A model generated the notes under the pieces. The model made no database searches. It saw nothing but the letters and a program-made list of their open reading frames with translations, and was not told the DNA's origin. This document shows positions 26,802 through 41,317 of a stretch of 64,000 nt of DNA, piece after piece. Source of the stretch: Octopus bimaculoides (taxonomy: Eukaryota); the NCBI RefSeq assembly GCF_001194135.2, contig NC_068991.1:8008141-8072140 (forward strand), given 5' to 3'. A program made the position numbers and the translations under genes. How positions within the stretch are numbered: the stretch's first letter is position 1; each line of letters starts with the position of its first letter.

Positions 26802-27507
26802 TGTTCCATGCTATAGTGAGTTGGATGACTTGACAGGGTGTGATGGGTTTTTAAGGACTGGATTGTGCTCTGTTGTCTGCTTTGGTGTGGTTTCTGCAGT
26901 TGGATGCACTTCCTAATGCCAATCATTTTACAGCATGTATTGGATTCTTTTTACTTGCCACCAGCACTAGTGAGGTTACCAAACTGCTGCTCACAAGGCT
27001 ATGAGTGAGTCATCTTTATTCCAGGGAATGAGGAGTTAAATTATGAAAGTGCCTGTGGTGATGGGGGCAGATGGAAACAGGTTCTTGTAGAAGATCTGTA
27101 TGGTTACTCAGATTTAGCAGCGGAGGGAGAGATTGATCAGTAGGAGCTGCAATGAGGTAGATAGTTAAGATGAAGTGTCCAGGTGGCCCTTCAAGGCGGG
27201 AGGTGAGTAGAAATGGGTTGGTGGGTGGATGTTTGCAAGATTGTATGGGGGAGGGGGGCAGGAGATGANNNNNNNNNNAAGAGGGGTGTGGAGGCAGAGG
27301 TAGGATAGTAATGATGATGCAGTTGACAAGGGGAGGATGAGAGAAAGAAAGAGAGAGAGAGAGAGAGAGTGTGTGTGATGATAAGGTTAAAATAAATAAA
27401 TGAATAAAAAAAGTTTAGAAAAGCCAGGATTTCTGATAACAAAAGATAAGACAGTCAGTCAGTCAGACATTGAACTCAGCTTGACAGTAGCCAAGTAAAA
27501 GGTTTAA

Positions 27508-27707
27508 CCCTATTTATTTTGAGATGCTTTGTGTTCCTTTCAATTAATTTTAAATATAACAAAGAATTTAGTAAAATAACTCAGCCTGTGTTAGGAACAC
27601 AAATTGTGATTAAGGTTTGGTGGAAGATTTAAATTCAAAACTTATGAAAACAAGACGTTTGTACTACAGAGCCAGGGGCAGTTTCAGCTGGGTTGGTATT
27701 GAAAGGG
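27508..27707 (-). mobile_element. TTAA-flanked (piggyBac-like) MITE
   Basis: TTAA|CCC...GAAAGGG|TTAA (27504-27507 and 27708-27711). Related sequence lies at about 13004-13235, 27808-27990 and 31385-31465. Confidence 0.75.
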
Positions 27708-28249
27708 TTAACGACTATTAATTAGTAAACGAAGGCTTTACTAAATCTTTAAAAAAATTTTTTAATGCAGTTTAGGATGTATGTGTGCACTGTCTTAATG
27801 TGAAATATTAACCCTTTTCGTGCCAACCTGTCTGAAACAGCTCCTTGTTTCTATGATATAAACGTCCTGTTCTAAAGTGATCTAAACTAAAACCTGTCAT
27901 CAAAATTTCATGTTAATTTGGTTCAGACACCATCTTAAGACTGTTTTAATAATGACAGTTATTTTACTACAATCTTCATTATTTAAAAAACTATTTGAAG
28001 GAAAGACATTGCATGTCTGCTGAAATATGATAACAAATTTGAGATCAGCAAATGTTTGAAGCTGAATTTTATCTGGCTGTGAAGAGAAAATTTGACTGTT
28101 TGGGTTGTGTTGGCATGAAAGGACAGTTGAGACTGAAGGCAAAAAATGTGGTGAGTGATGAGTGAGATGGGTTTTAACTATGATGGATAATGAGTAAAGA
28201 TGTAGGAAAACTTTCTTGATGTGTTTCATCTATTATTTTTGCTACTGGT

Positions 28250-28605
28250 TGTTGTTTGTTCCTTCTCAAGCCATGCCTAGCTCATAAGGACCAGTTTTCC
28301 TGTTTCATTGGCATATAGGTTCCCCACCTGGATGGGACNNNNNNNNNNTTCCTGTTTCATTGGCATATAGGTTCCCCACCTGGATGGGACGCTGGTCCAT
28401 CACAGGTGAGCTGCTAGATGCAGGAGGAAAGAGTGAGAGGAAGTTGTGGTGAAAGAGTCAGCAGAGGTTTGCCGTCGTCTTCTGCCAAAGCCACGTGGAA
28501 CTTAGGTGTTTCATTCATAAACACACATCGGCCAGTCTGAGATTCGAACCCGTGATCCCTCGACTGCTAGTCCGCTGCTCTAACCACTATGCCATGTGCC
28601 TCCAC
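28250..28605 (-). mobile_element. SINE with family-C head and body but a different tail
   Basis: Reverse complement gtggaggcacatggcatagtggttagagc...ggttcgaatct (clear A and B boxes); shared body ctctttcaccacaactt.ctctcactctttc; then a distinct tail gatggaccagcgtcccatccaggtgggg...aaacaac. Confidence 0.8.
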
Positions 28606-30619
28606 TTTGCTACTGGTGATGAGTCTAAATTGTTTTGCTATTGCATGATACCAAACAGATTTCAGAAGGTCTCTGTTCTTGAAGGATGTGTCTGGTTGAT
28701 AAGGAGGCCTTGTGACTGCATGAGACTGTGTTGGATAGTGACATCTATGTGTGAGTGTGTATGTGCATGCATGTGTGTGTTTACACGCATGTGAGTGTAA
28801 GTGCATGTATGTGTAGGTGTGTGTGCTTTGCATGTGTAATAAGCGTGTGTGTGTGTGTTTGTGAGTGTTGGAAAACAGTAAGTTTTTTAGACTTCAACTT
28901 CTATTTGACCAATACTGTGGATGCTTCCAGGAATGACAATCACTTACTAAATTTCTAAAAATATTAAAATTTGCAGAATCATCAAACCCATGACATGACA
29001 GCACTTAAAGACGTAAATGCATATAGAAGAAACAGTTCTGAAATAGCACAAAGTCAAAAAGAAGATAAATAGATTGTGCCAACCTATCTAGTTCAACCCA
29101 GCTCTGATAAACAAACAAGTAAAAACTTCACTGGCTGTTGTTGAAGATTGAAAAAAGATAAGATATGAAACATGAACACTGTTGTATCGAACAACTGGTT
29201 GCTTTGTTTTCAATATGGACAAAACAGTAACTTCTTTGGAAGACACCACCCTTTTGTAATCTTTTGCTTTTATTATAGTTCTTTGAGTTTATAGAATTCT
29301 ATCTTTGTTAGCACGAACTGCTGCTTGCCAGGACATGCAAAGTACTTCCTTGTTGTGGGTCTGATGGGTTAAAAAAAATTTCCTGTACATCATTTTAGAG
29401 AGTCAGTCTTGTTCATCTTTTTGTTATTTATTATTTTTTTTTTTTTTTGCACTGGTGGGTTGTCATGACATTCTGGTATCTGGATGATAACATGTAACAC
29501 GAACATGTTACATATTATCTAGGATAGTCAAAGGTGCAGGTGTGGATGTGAGGTTAAGGAGTTTGCTTACCAACCACATGGTTTTGGGTTCAGTCCCACT
29601 ACATGGTACCTTGGGTGAGTGTATTTTACTTTAGATGTTGGCTGATCAAAGCCATTTGAGTGGATTTGGTACATGAAAACTGAAAGAAGCCTGTTGTGTG
29701 TATGTGTGTGTATACTTACACACACACACACACACACTGTAAAAGTAAACAGTCACATCAGATCTCAAAGCTGTGAAATAATGCATGATAAATTCAAAAC
29801 AATGTGGATAAATAAGCATTACATTTGACAGAATAATTTGAATGTTAAAGGGTTAATTAAGAAACCATTATTATTATTATTATCATTAAGAAACCATTAT
29901 TATTATCATAGTAGTAAACATATTTCATATATTTGTTATATTTCAGGAGGTGATACCCAGAGTAATTACAAGGCGAATTAAATTTTCTTTCCCCGATTAC
30001 TGCTGCAATTTTGTCAGTCTTTGCAAGGTATTAATATTTTTCTTTTAATTCTTTTTTTAAAAAAAAACAAGAAAAAAAGGAAATTTTTTTAATGTACTTT
30101 TATTAATTTTAATATATTTAAGGTAGAGGGGCTCCGAAAGGGGCCTCAGGGAGTAGTGTCCCTGCCATCCTGAGCTATTTTTCCACCACATTTCTTAAAA
30201 ATTTTGGTCTTCTATTTTCTAGCTCAATGATAACGTTTGATATTTTGTGATATATATATATATATATATATANNNNNNNNNNNNNNNNNNNNNNNNNNNN
30301 NNNNNNNNNNNNNNNNNNNNNNNNNNNNNNNNNNNNNNNNNNNNNNNNNNNNNNNNNNNNNNNNNNNNNNNNNNNNNNNNNNNNNNNNNNNNNNNNNNNN
30401 NNNNNNNNNNNNNNNNNNNNNNNNNNNNNNNNNNNNNNNNNNNNNNNNNNNNNNNNNNNNNNNNNNNNNNNNNNNNNNNNNNNNNNNNNNNNNNNNNNNN
30501 NNNNNNNNNNNNNNNNNNNNNNNNNNNNNNNNNNNNNNNNNNNNNNNNNNNNNNNNNNNNNNNNNNNNNNNNNNNNNNNNNNNNNNNNNNNNNNNNNNNN
30601 NNNNNNNNNNNNNNNNNNN

Positions 30620-30874
30620 AGGCTCCGGTAGGGGATGGTGGTGAACCCTGTTGTATTCTTTCACCACAACTTTCTCTCACTATTTCTTCCTGTTTCTGTT
30701 GTACCTGTATTTCAAAGGGCCAGCCTTGTCACGCTGAATATCCCCGAGAATTATGTTAAGGGTACACGTGTCTGTGGGGTGCTCAGCCACTTGCACGTTA
30801 ATTTCATGAGTACGCTGTTCCGTTGATTGGATTAACTGGAACCCTCAACGTCGTAAGCGACGGAGTGCCAACAA
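30620..30874 (+). mobile_element. SINE family C 3' part
   Basis: Matches about 41420-41680; the 5' part is lost in an N-gap. Confidence 0.85.
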
Positions 30875-32653
30875 TAAATATATATATATATATAGGGATA
30901 AATCAACGTCCATGTTTCTGAAAAGAAAGAGATACAAAGAACACAAAAAGAGAAATGCCATTATAATTATAAAAAAGTTTAAATAAATTGGTGAACTTTC
31001 ACCTAAATCTAACGATGTAAATTTTGGACTAATCACCATGAGATGATACAAAAACCATCGAATGATAATGAGGTGTTTCAGATAACACCTGATGATTATT
31101 AGATATTTCTTATCTGGATTTACAAGAAAAATACTCAAGTTACTAAGCAAAATCATATTTAAAGAGTCAAAATGACACATTCAAGTTTTTTATTTTTCTA
31201 ATTTCCATTTTTCTTAAATGAAAATCGAAAAAATGCTTAATAAATATAGACACAGTCATGGGTGTGTGATTAAGTGGTTAAGAAGGTTGCTTTGCAACCA
31301 CATGGTTCTGGGTTCAGTCCCTCTGCATGGCTACTATAGCTTCAGGTTTCCAATGCCTTGTGAGTGAATTTTGGCAGATAGAAACTAAATTCTTTGTTAT
31401 ATTTAAAGTAATTGAAAGAAACACAGAGCATCTCAAAATAAATACAGCAATGAAAGGGTTAAATGGTGATGATGAGACAGATGGTGGTGGTGATGACGAT
31501 AATGATGACAATGAATGAGTAATAATCACGTACCAGACTGGTATTTGAACTTCCCAGACTGGTGTTTGAACTGGTAATGTCCATTCTTGGGTGTCATTCA
31601 TCTATTGCATTTCTAGTTCAACATTCAGACTTTGGCTGGTCAAGAGGAAACAATTGAACTTTAGTATAGCCTAAGATTTTGTGTACTTGTAAGACAATCC
31701 CAGTTAACCGGGACTGTCCTTTGTTACAAATGTCATGCAATGACCCATGAAATAAATATGGTCTACATTTCGAACACATTTTTGTGTGTTGTTTACTTAT
31801 AGGATGGGATAAAAATAGAAAACACTATATCAAGCATAAACAGATTTGAACTTAGAAATATAAACCAATGGACCACAGCTTTTGCATTTTCTTATTTTTC
31901 TTGTTGAACCAGAGGACTCATAAGGCCAGCTTATCCCCTTTCCATGGTGTGTAAGTGACTGAGACCCTAACATTGCCCTGAACGACCAGTTCATTGGAAG
32001 ATTCACAGCCAGCAATTTTGAGGAAAGGGGGCAATTTGATAACATCAACCCTCGCTAGTATTTGACTGCCACTGTGCTTTATTAGCTCCGAAGGGATGAA
32101 ACATAAAGATGACTCTGGTGAGATTTGAACTCAGAATGTCTCAGAATGCAAAGAGCGTGAAGAAATACTGCTGAGCATTTCACACACACACNNNNNNNNN
32201 NNNNNNNNNNNNNNNNNNNNNNNNNNNNNNNNNNNNNNNNNNNNNNNNNNNNNNNNNNNNNNNNNNNNNNNNNNNNNNNNNNNNNNNNNNNNNNNNNNNN
32301 NNNNNNNNNNNNNNNNNNNNNNNNNNNNNNNNNNNNNNNNNNNNNNNNNNNNNNNNNNNNNNNNNNNNNNNNNNNNNNNNNNNNNNNNNNNNNNNNNNNN
32401 NNNNNNNNNNNNNNNNNNNNNNNNNNNNNNNNNNNNNNNNNNNNNNNNNNNNNNNNNNNNNNNNNNNNNNNNNNNNNNNNNNNNNNNNNNNNNNNNNNNN
32501 NNNNNNNNNNNNNNNNNNNNNNNNNNNNNNNNNNNNNNNNNNNNNNNNNNNNNNNNNNNNTAATAGATCTAAATATAAGTCTTGGTTTATAAATATTCAA
32601 AAGAAAATTTAGAAAATGGAGATGTTGCATTAATATAATTTAATATATTTATT

Positions 32654-32684
<31 letters not shown>

Positions 32685-34132
32685 CACGTACATATGACAG
32701 GCTTCCACACAGTTTCCATTTACCACATTCACTCATAAGGCATTGGTCAGCCCAGGGCTATAGAAAATACTTGCCCAAAGTGTCACACTGTGGAACTGGA
32801 CTCAAAACCACATGGTTGCAAAGTGAGTTTCTTAACCACATGGCCATGCCTGCACCCTATGTAGATTGAATAACTAAATGACTGAAGCAAGTTGTATTTT
32901 ACACAAACTGAACTTTACCCAGATTATCTTAATGCTAATCTGTGGAACTTGCAAGAAACTGCATCAAAAGGAATCTTTCAAGGAGTGTAGATACTTAAGG
33001 AAACAAACTGGCAGGTTTGTGCAGGTGCATTGTAGATCTACTTAGAGAACTAGGATTAGTTGGAAAAGAAAGGATATTAGACGTGAGAAATGTGCTGGTC
33101 TTTCGTTAGTCTTGAGATGTTGTCTTAAAGAAATACATTTCAGATCTGTTTTGTGGGTTTTTTTAAAAAACTTTTTATTTTAAATAAAATAAATAAAAAA
33201 ATGTTTTCTAAACTTAGTTGAATAACTTGCTTCAACAAATATGAATAATAATATTGGAATGTTGAAGACGATCTTGTCTCTAATAACAATAGCTGAGCAG
33301 ATATAAAGACAAATTGTTCCTGTCTGAACGGTTGCTTTGATTTCTGTTGGATATTTTCACTAACAGTGCTTGTCTAGTGCTTAAAGGTAAAAATGTTTTG
33401 TCATTTGTTGCTTGAAGAGCTATTTTCTTCCTGTTTTTTTTTTGTGTGTGTGTCTGAAAGCTGTACATATATTAAAATAAATTGCTAGTATGTGAATAGT
33501 TTTCACTGAAAAAAAAAACTCCCAAAACTCTGGCTACAGAGAAAAAACATATTTGTCTTGTTGAGTTTATCTGAAATGTGAATTCAATGAGTTTTATTGG
33601 GGTTGTATGTGCTGTTGGCAAAGGCTGTAATGATGGTCGTTAATGCAAATAAACTTAGCGGAGGTAATATTAAAAGTATATTAACATAATTGCTGCTTCA
33701 TCTTGTCCTTAGCTCGAAATACTAAAGGAAGTCAGTCCAATGTCAGTTAGTAGCATTAGCTGAAGTTCATGGGCTAATTTTTTGCTGACTTCATGTTGAA
33801 TTGCTGCAAAATAAGAAACTGGGTCGACCGCTCTAGCTTTAGGTCATCAGGTCAAGAGTGATAATTATTTTGAAGGTAATTAATTTTATATGTGAGATCA
33901 TGTACAAATCTTCACACACATCTGCACACACATATAGAAGACTATCTGAATTTTATATAATGCTTTCCTTTCGCTACCACCATAGCTACACGTCCCTACA
34001 TTTACTACAGCAACCCTAAGTGAAGTGCTTGAGCTGACCACTTGAATTGTCTCAAGACATCTCGTTGGTTTACATTATACTTTTGAGTGGTGCAATCCTT
34101 TCCATTATTTATTCATTCCATTATTATTATTA

Positions 34133-34170
<38 letters not shown>

Positions 34171-36581
34171 TGTTAGCAGTACTCTAATTTAGGTTTTCTT
34201 TTGCTATTTTGAAGTATTTAGTCTGCCGAGCAACCACACCTTTTTTACTTACAAGTGTTTCATTTGAATATGATTCATAAATAACTCTGTGATATCTTAT
34301 AAAGGATTCTCTGTTATATCTGATTATAACTTTCATCACCTACATGCTTACTTCGTGAATTTTTTTTCTTCAAAGATGCAAAAATAAAACCCCGAAAGAA
34401 AATAAAAAGATTCACATTAAATTTTCATTACTCATTTAAAGCTACTTTTATTCTGGCTTTGATGGAAAAAGTACAAATAAATGGAAATTACTGTCTTTCA
34501 GTGATCTTTCAAGCCTTCTCAATATACAATTACATCGTATGCTATGGCATTTGACAGCATTCTTTTATTCTTTTAGCACATACTGGAGCACCACCTTCAG
34601 TCAAGCAAATCGACCCCAGGACTTATTCTTTGTAAGCCTAGCACCTATTCTATCGGGCTCTTTTGTGGGGATGTAAACACACCAACATCAGTTATCAAGC
34701 GACAGACACACAAACACATAGTTGCTCCCGCAAAGCAAATTAAATAAAATTTGAATGCCAAAATTGATATAAAGGCCATCTTTTATGGTAACAGCAGCAT
34801 CAGCAACTCTAGTATCTGCAGAAGATTCCTCTTTCTATTATGGGCACAAGGCCTGAAATTTGGGGGAGGGGTATAGTCGATTACATCGACCCCAGTACTC
34901 AGCTGGTACATATTTTACCGACCCTGAAAGGATGAAAGGCAAAGTCCACCTCGATAGAATTTGGACTCAGAATGTGAAAACAGACAAAATACCGCCAAGC
35001 ATTTTGCCCGGTGTGCTAACGATTCTGCCAGCTCAACGCCTTAATGTGAATAAATATTGGTTTTGTATTTTATCACAAGGTCAGACTTTTCAAAAGAAGG
35101 GGATACATAGCCAATTTCATCGACCGCCACCAGTGTCCAACTGGTACTTATTTTATTGAACCTAAAAGGCTGAAAGGCAAAGTTGACCTTGGCATAATTT
35201 CAATTCAGAGCGTGAAGACGAACGAAATACTGCCAAGCACTTTGCATGGTGAGTTAATGATTCTGCCAGTTTGCCACTTTCTTTAAACGATTAACTTTCT
35301 GTCACTGGTTGACACAAAAGAGTAAAATGCTGGATTGGTACATTACTTACTTATGTATAAACTCCACCCCCCAATTTTTTATTTATTCATTTCTTTCAGT
35401 TAAAATCAAACATGGAATAATGCAACTTCATACATGACTGACTATAGTGTTTTCAAATTAGAGAAAAGTTATGAAATTTTGCCGTATATTTTATTGTACA
35501 GAGGTTATGGTTGACAAAATGTCTAGCAGATTGAATGTTGAATAACACCAACAACAGACTATGCAATAAACATTATATAACTAATATGATTTAAAAGGTG
35601 GTGAGCTGGCAGAAATGTTAGCACACTGGGCGTATTCTATCTGTCTTTACATTCTGAGTTCAAATTCCATTGAGGTTGACTGCCTTTTCATCCTTTCAGG
35701 GTCAATAAATTAAGTACCAGTTGTGTACTGGGGTCGATCTAATCGACTGCCCCACCTCCTCCAATATTTCAGGCCTTGTGCCTAGAGTAGAAAGGATGGC
35801 TGTGTGGTAAGAAGTTTGCTTCCCAACAAGATGGTCCTGGGTTCAGTCCCACTGCACAGCATCTTGGGCAAGTGTCTTCTACTCTAGCCTCAGGTCGACC
35901 GGAAACTGAAAGAAGCCTGTCGTGTGTGTGTGAGTGTGTATATATATGTATATATCTATGTGTGTGTTTATCCCCCACCACTGCTTGGCAACCGGTGTTG
36001 ATGTGTTTACCTCGTCATAACCTGATGGTTTGGCAAGAGAGACTGACAGAATCAGTACCAGGCTTTATATATGAGTAACCCTTATATACTCCTGGTTGCA
36101 TTTTCGCAATGCAAAACCTGCTCCTGCTTGTTTGGACATGAACTCACCGGGAAGCATCCAACTGAGCATACAAAATGTTCAGTAGGTAATCGACACCCGT
36201 AGCTAACAGCTGTATACTGTCCTTCTCTTCCAGATTGTGAAAGCTTACCATAACGTTTAATCTAAATACAGTGAAATTTTAAGACTTGATTTTTTTATGG
36301 GGATATATGGGTTAAAAAAAATAAGTACTGGAGTTAATTCATTAACTAAAAATTCTTCAAAGTAGTGGCCCCAGGATGACAGCGATCTAATGACTGAAAC
36401 AAGTAAGAAAGAAATTAAATAAAAAAAAAATGAAAATAGATATTATAACAATTAGGTTGTCTGTTTGTTTGCAGTCGCATATATGACATAGTGTTGAAGT
36501 AGGAGGTTGTCAAATACCAGATAGAGAGCGGAAGTGTGAGTTAGTTATAATAGGAGTCATAAACTTCCCTTCTAGATTTAA

Positions 36582-36801
36582 CCCATTTGTGCCCAATTTT
36601 TTTTTATTTACTTTATTACCAAAACTCTTTTTTTATACAACTTTATCTAAATGTATAAAAAAAAATTTTATTACCGTATTTGAAAGATACTCCAGTCTTG
36701 ATGACTAATTAAAGGTATCTCAGAAAAATACAGGTGTTGCAGTAATATGGTGGATTAACCTTCTGGTCCTAAAAAAAAAAAGGGTCATGGGTGCTAATGG
36801 G
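36582..36801. mobile_element. TTAA-flanked (piggyBac-like) MITE
   Basis: TTAA|CCCATTtgtgccca ... tgggtgctAATGGG|TTAA, an imperfect TIR of about 15 bp. Confidence 0.65.
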
Positions 36802-36824
36802 TTAAAGCAGTAATATATTGTGTA

Positions 36825-37135
36825 TTACTCTTTTACTTGTTTCACTCATTTTGCTGTGGCCATGCTGGAGCACCGCCTTTAATCGAACAAATCAACACCA
36901 GGACTAATGGGACGTAAACATACCAACAGTGGTGGTCAAGCAATGGTGGGGAACAAACACACACACACACATACACATATATATGACGGGCTTCTTTCAG
37001 TTTCCGTCAACCAAATCCACTCACAAGGTTTTAGTCGGCCTGAGGCTATAGTAGAAGACACTTGCCCAAGGTGCCACGCAGTGGGACTGAACCTGGAACC
37101 ATGTGGTTTTGAAGCAAGCTTCTTAACACACAACC
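36825..37135 (-). mobile_element. SINE family A copy with internal deletion
   Basis: Collinear with 17391-17794; lacks the ttattctttgtaagcctag...gctaagtt block. Confidence 0.85.
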
Positions 37136-37506
37136 GCTACAGCATATTCTCAAAAGTAAGAAAAGAATTTAATATTTAGTGTCATTCAAACAGATGTATT
37201 TATTCTCATTAATTAATGAAGCTCGTTAGTTTTGACGACACTGGTATACTAGTTTTATTACAAACGTCAGTCTTATCACATGTGCCATGCTTGTGTAGAT
37301 TGGAGAAATCTGAGAAAATGGCTTCTTTCTGTTTTTTTTCAACCATTCCTGACTTCAGTTACTATCATCACCACCACCACCATCATCATTTAATGTCTGT
37401 TTTCCATGCTGGCATGAGTTGGACACACACATGCATATACACACACATGCATATACACACACATGCATATACACACACACACAGATACATATATTAACAT
37501 ATACAT

Positions 37507-37569
<63 letters not shown>

Positions 37570-40500
37570 TATATTCTATTGACTTTAGCACTGCTAATTC
37601 AGTCTGGACTAACTTGTTTGAAAATGTCATTCTCATGTTGCTACTTTGCCATCATTTTAACTCATCTCATTCTTCTTAAGTTTCATAGCTAGGCTCTCAT
37701 CATCTCCATTTCATCATTTCTTTCAAAGACTAACCGATTCTTTTGATTCCCAGAATTCAATCCGTTGAGATTTCTTACATTCTCATGTGTATGAATTTAA
37801 TCTTGGCGTCGATAACAACCACCAGTCACCATTTTTCCTATCAACTTCACTGGTTATCCATCTACTTGGCCTCTAATAACTCTTTCCTTCTTCGACCGAT
37901 AATACTTCTTATGCATCCGTTTTATTACTTCTCCAATCATTTTTGATATTCAATGAAATTAGGAGATATGTGTATCAACTAACACGGGAGTCTTTACATA
38001 TTTTACTTGACTTGCTGGAAAAAACAGCCTCTTTATCAAGAGCACGTTTGCTTATGGGCCTCAAATGCGAAAGCTTGCAGATCATTGGCAGAAGGTCATG
38101 GAAAATGATGGCGCTTATTTTGAAGAATAGTTGTTGTTGTTTTTGAATAAATTCTTGCATAAAAAATCATTATTTTATCATGGTGCACAAACTTTTTCCT
38201 CAACCTAGTATTTTCAATTCTAATTCTGAACCTTCTCCTATAGGTGCAGGTACAAGTGTGTGGTTAAGGTCACTTTTCAACCATGTCGTTTTGGGTTCAA
38301 TCCCACTGCATGATACCTTGGGCAAGTGTCTTCTATCATAGCCCCAGGCTGACCAATGCCTTGTTAGTGAATCTAGTAGGTTGAAGTTTACATCTTTTTT
38401 CCTAAAATTACCTGAAGAAGGGACTCTATGTTCAAAATATTGAAATACAAGATAAAAGGAACAAACTATTGGCTTGTATTATTTCCTGTAAGTCACATGN
38501 NNNNNNNNNNNNNNNNNNNNNNNNNNNNNNNNNNNNNNNNNNNNNNNNNNNNNNNNNNNNNNNNNNNNNNNNNNNNNNNNNNNNNNNNNNNNNNNNNNNN
38601 NNNNNNNNNNNNNNNNNNNNNNNNNNNNNNNNNNNCCTCTGCTTAACAACTGTTGTAGATTTATTTATACTCCTGCAACTTAGCAGTTTATTAAAAGAGA
38701 CCAATGAAATAAGTACCGGCATCGATTTGCTTGACTAAACTTTTCAAGGCAGCGCCCCAGCATGGCCACAGTGCAATGACTGAAACAAGCAAAAAATTAT
38801 AAAAGGGAAAAGGAAGCTCTGAATATCTGATTACAAGCTTATAAAACACACCTGTGTTACCTGTGTTCTTACCCCCCCCCCCCTGCTAGGCTAACAGCAG
38901 TGAATCATTTGCACCTGTTGTACCGAACGAATGACTATTAAATGACCGTGAAAATACCAGGTAACTGACTCCTCAGTTGGTTATCCTCTTCCTCATCACA
39001 TCACTCCTTTGCAACTCCTCCAGGATGAGTCACTTTGAGGAGTTTGATAATCATGAAGGCAATAAAACTTTGCCAACAAAGAAATTTTACCTCATCGTCA
39101 CAAACATGGTACTGATGGGATGCCAGGTCCAACCCTAAAGGTGTGAGAAGGTGAGCCTAAGAGAGAATCCAAGCAGTGAATCAGGAGGGGGGAGTGGAGG
39201 ACAGGGCGTGTAGTTTCATTAGAGCATGATGGGAAGAGTAAAAGTGGGTTAGAGTTGGGGGTAGTGGGGAATAGATAATGAATCTATAAATTCATTGGGA
39301 GTCTGGTGCAGGTTTTGGCCTGGCCGGCTCTTGTGGTACCATCCCACCCATGCTAGCATGGAACACGGATAGTAAAAGATAAGGATGATGATTATAGATT
39401 CATCAGTGTAGGTGTGGCTGTGTTGTTAAAAAGTTCATTTTCAAATCACATGCTTCTAGGTTCAATCTCACTGCACAACACCTTTAGAAAGTGTTGTCTA
39501 TTGTAACCTTGGTTGGCAACGCCAAGCACTTTGGAGAGAAAATTGCTTTGCTGGAATTGTGTGGAAACTTGTCAGTTAAAGTGTATCAGTTCTTAGGAGA
39601 GTATGCAGAGTTCATTGTTCTGTTCAGCACTACCACCTGACTCTACCACCAGGCTCTTTTGGTCCCTTTAGCAGAGTTCATTGTGGTGCGAACATTCAAC
39701 ATAGACTCNNNNNNNNNNNNNNNNNNNNNNNNNNNNNNNNNNNNNNNNNNNNNNNNNNNNNNNNNNNNNNNNNNNNNNNNNNNNNNNNNNNNNNNNNNNN
39801 NNNNNNNNNNNNNNNNNNNNNNNNNNNNNNNNNNNNNNNNNNNNNNNNNNNNNNNNNNNNNNNNNNNNNNNNNNNNNNNNNNNNNNNNNNNNNNNNNNNN
39901 NNNNNNNNNNNNNNNNNNNNNNNNNNNNNNNNNNNNNNNNNNNNNNNNNNNNNNNNNNNNNNNNNNNNNNNNNNNNNNNNNNNNNNNNNNNNNNNNNNNN
40001 NNNNNNNNNNNNNNNNNNNNNNNNNNNNNNNNNNNNNNNNNNNNNNNNNNNNNNNNNNNNNNNNNNNNNNNNNNNNNNNNNNNNNNNNNNNNNNNNNNNN
40101 NNNNNNNNNNNNNNNNNNNNNNNNNNNNNNNNNNNNNNNNNNNNNNNNNNNNNNNNNNNNNNNNNNNNNNNNNNNNNNNNNNNNNNNNNNNNNNNNNNNN
40201 NNNNNNNNNNNNNNNNNNNNNNNNNNNNNNNNNNNNNNNNNNNNNNNNNNNNNNNNNNNNNNNNNNNNNNNNNNNNNNNNNNNNNNNNNNNNNNNNNNNN
40301 NNNNNNNNNNNNNNNNNNNNNNNNNNNNNNNNNNNNNNNNNNNNNNNNNNNNNNNNNNNNNNNNNNNNNNNNNNNNNNNNNNNNNNNNNNNNNNNNNNNN
40401 NNNNNNNNNNNNNNNNNNNNNNNNNNNNNNNNNNNNNNNNNNNNNNNNNNNAAAAAAAAAAAAAAAAAAGAAGATGCTTGGGTAATGTTGTCCTAGGGAA

Positions 40501-41317
40501 AACAAGGCTGGAATGCTTTTGATTTGGGCTGATTTGGGGGCTAGGGTTATACAACAACAGTTCGGTAAAATTAGATTGAACTTCAATATTTTAATCTTAT
40601 TTGTTAAATTATTATTTTAGATTGTGTGTGTGTGTGTGTATGTGTGTGTGTGTGTGTGTATCATCATCATCATCATCATCATTTGACATCCGTTTTCTAT
40701 GCTGGCATGGGTTGGATGGTCTGACTGGTAAGGCCAGGGGCCACACCAGGACCCATGGTCTGTTTTGGCTTGGTTTCTACAGCTGCATGCCCTTCCTAAT
40801 ACCAACCACTTTACAGAGTATACTGGGGGCTCTTTATGCAGCACTGGCACCAGTGCCTTTATGTGGCACCAGCATCGGTATCAAGGTGCCAGATAACTCA
40901 ATCCTTACTTATCTCTTTCATAAGGCTAAGGACCAATATATGTGTGTATATATATATATATATATACATATACATATNNNNNNNNNNNNNNNNNNNNNNN
41001 NNNNNNNNNNNNNNNNNNNNNNNNNNNNNNNNNNNNNNNNNNNNNNCAATAATAATAATCTATATGACTTGAGATGTTTGCCTTGCCTTTACGTTTGTTG
41101 TCCTCTTTAACAATTATATATCCGCTGCATTGGAAATCTGTATTGGCCCCTTTGCCTTTCCCTTGGATAACACTGGTGGCATGGAGAGGGGAGGCCGGTA
41201 TGCATGGGCGACTGCTGGTCTTCCATAAACAACCTTGCCTGGACTTGTGCCTAGGACGGTAACTTTCTAGGTGCAATCTCATGGTCAGTCATGACCGAAG
41301 GGGGTCTCAGCATATAT

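Noticed and set aside
28297-28390. 42-bp direct repeat around a 10-N gap (similar case at 44653-44698)
   Set aside because: Identical sequence on both sides of a placeholder gap is the signature of unmerged overlapping contig ends.
28520-28605. tRNA gene
   Set aside because: A and B boxes are present, but it runs into a SINE body with no acceptor stem or terminator; the same applies to the other SINE heads.
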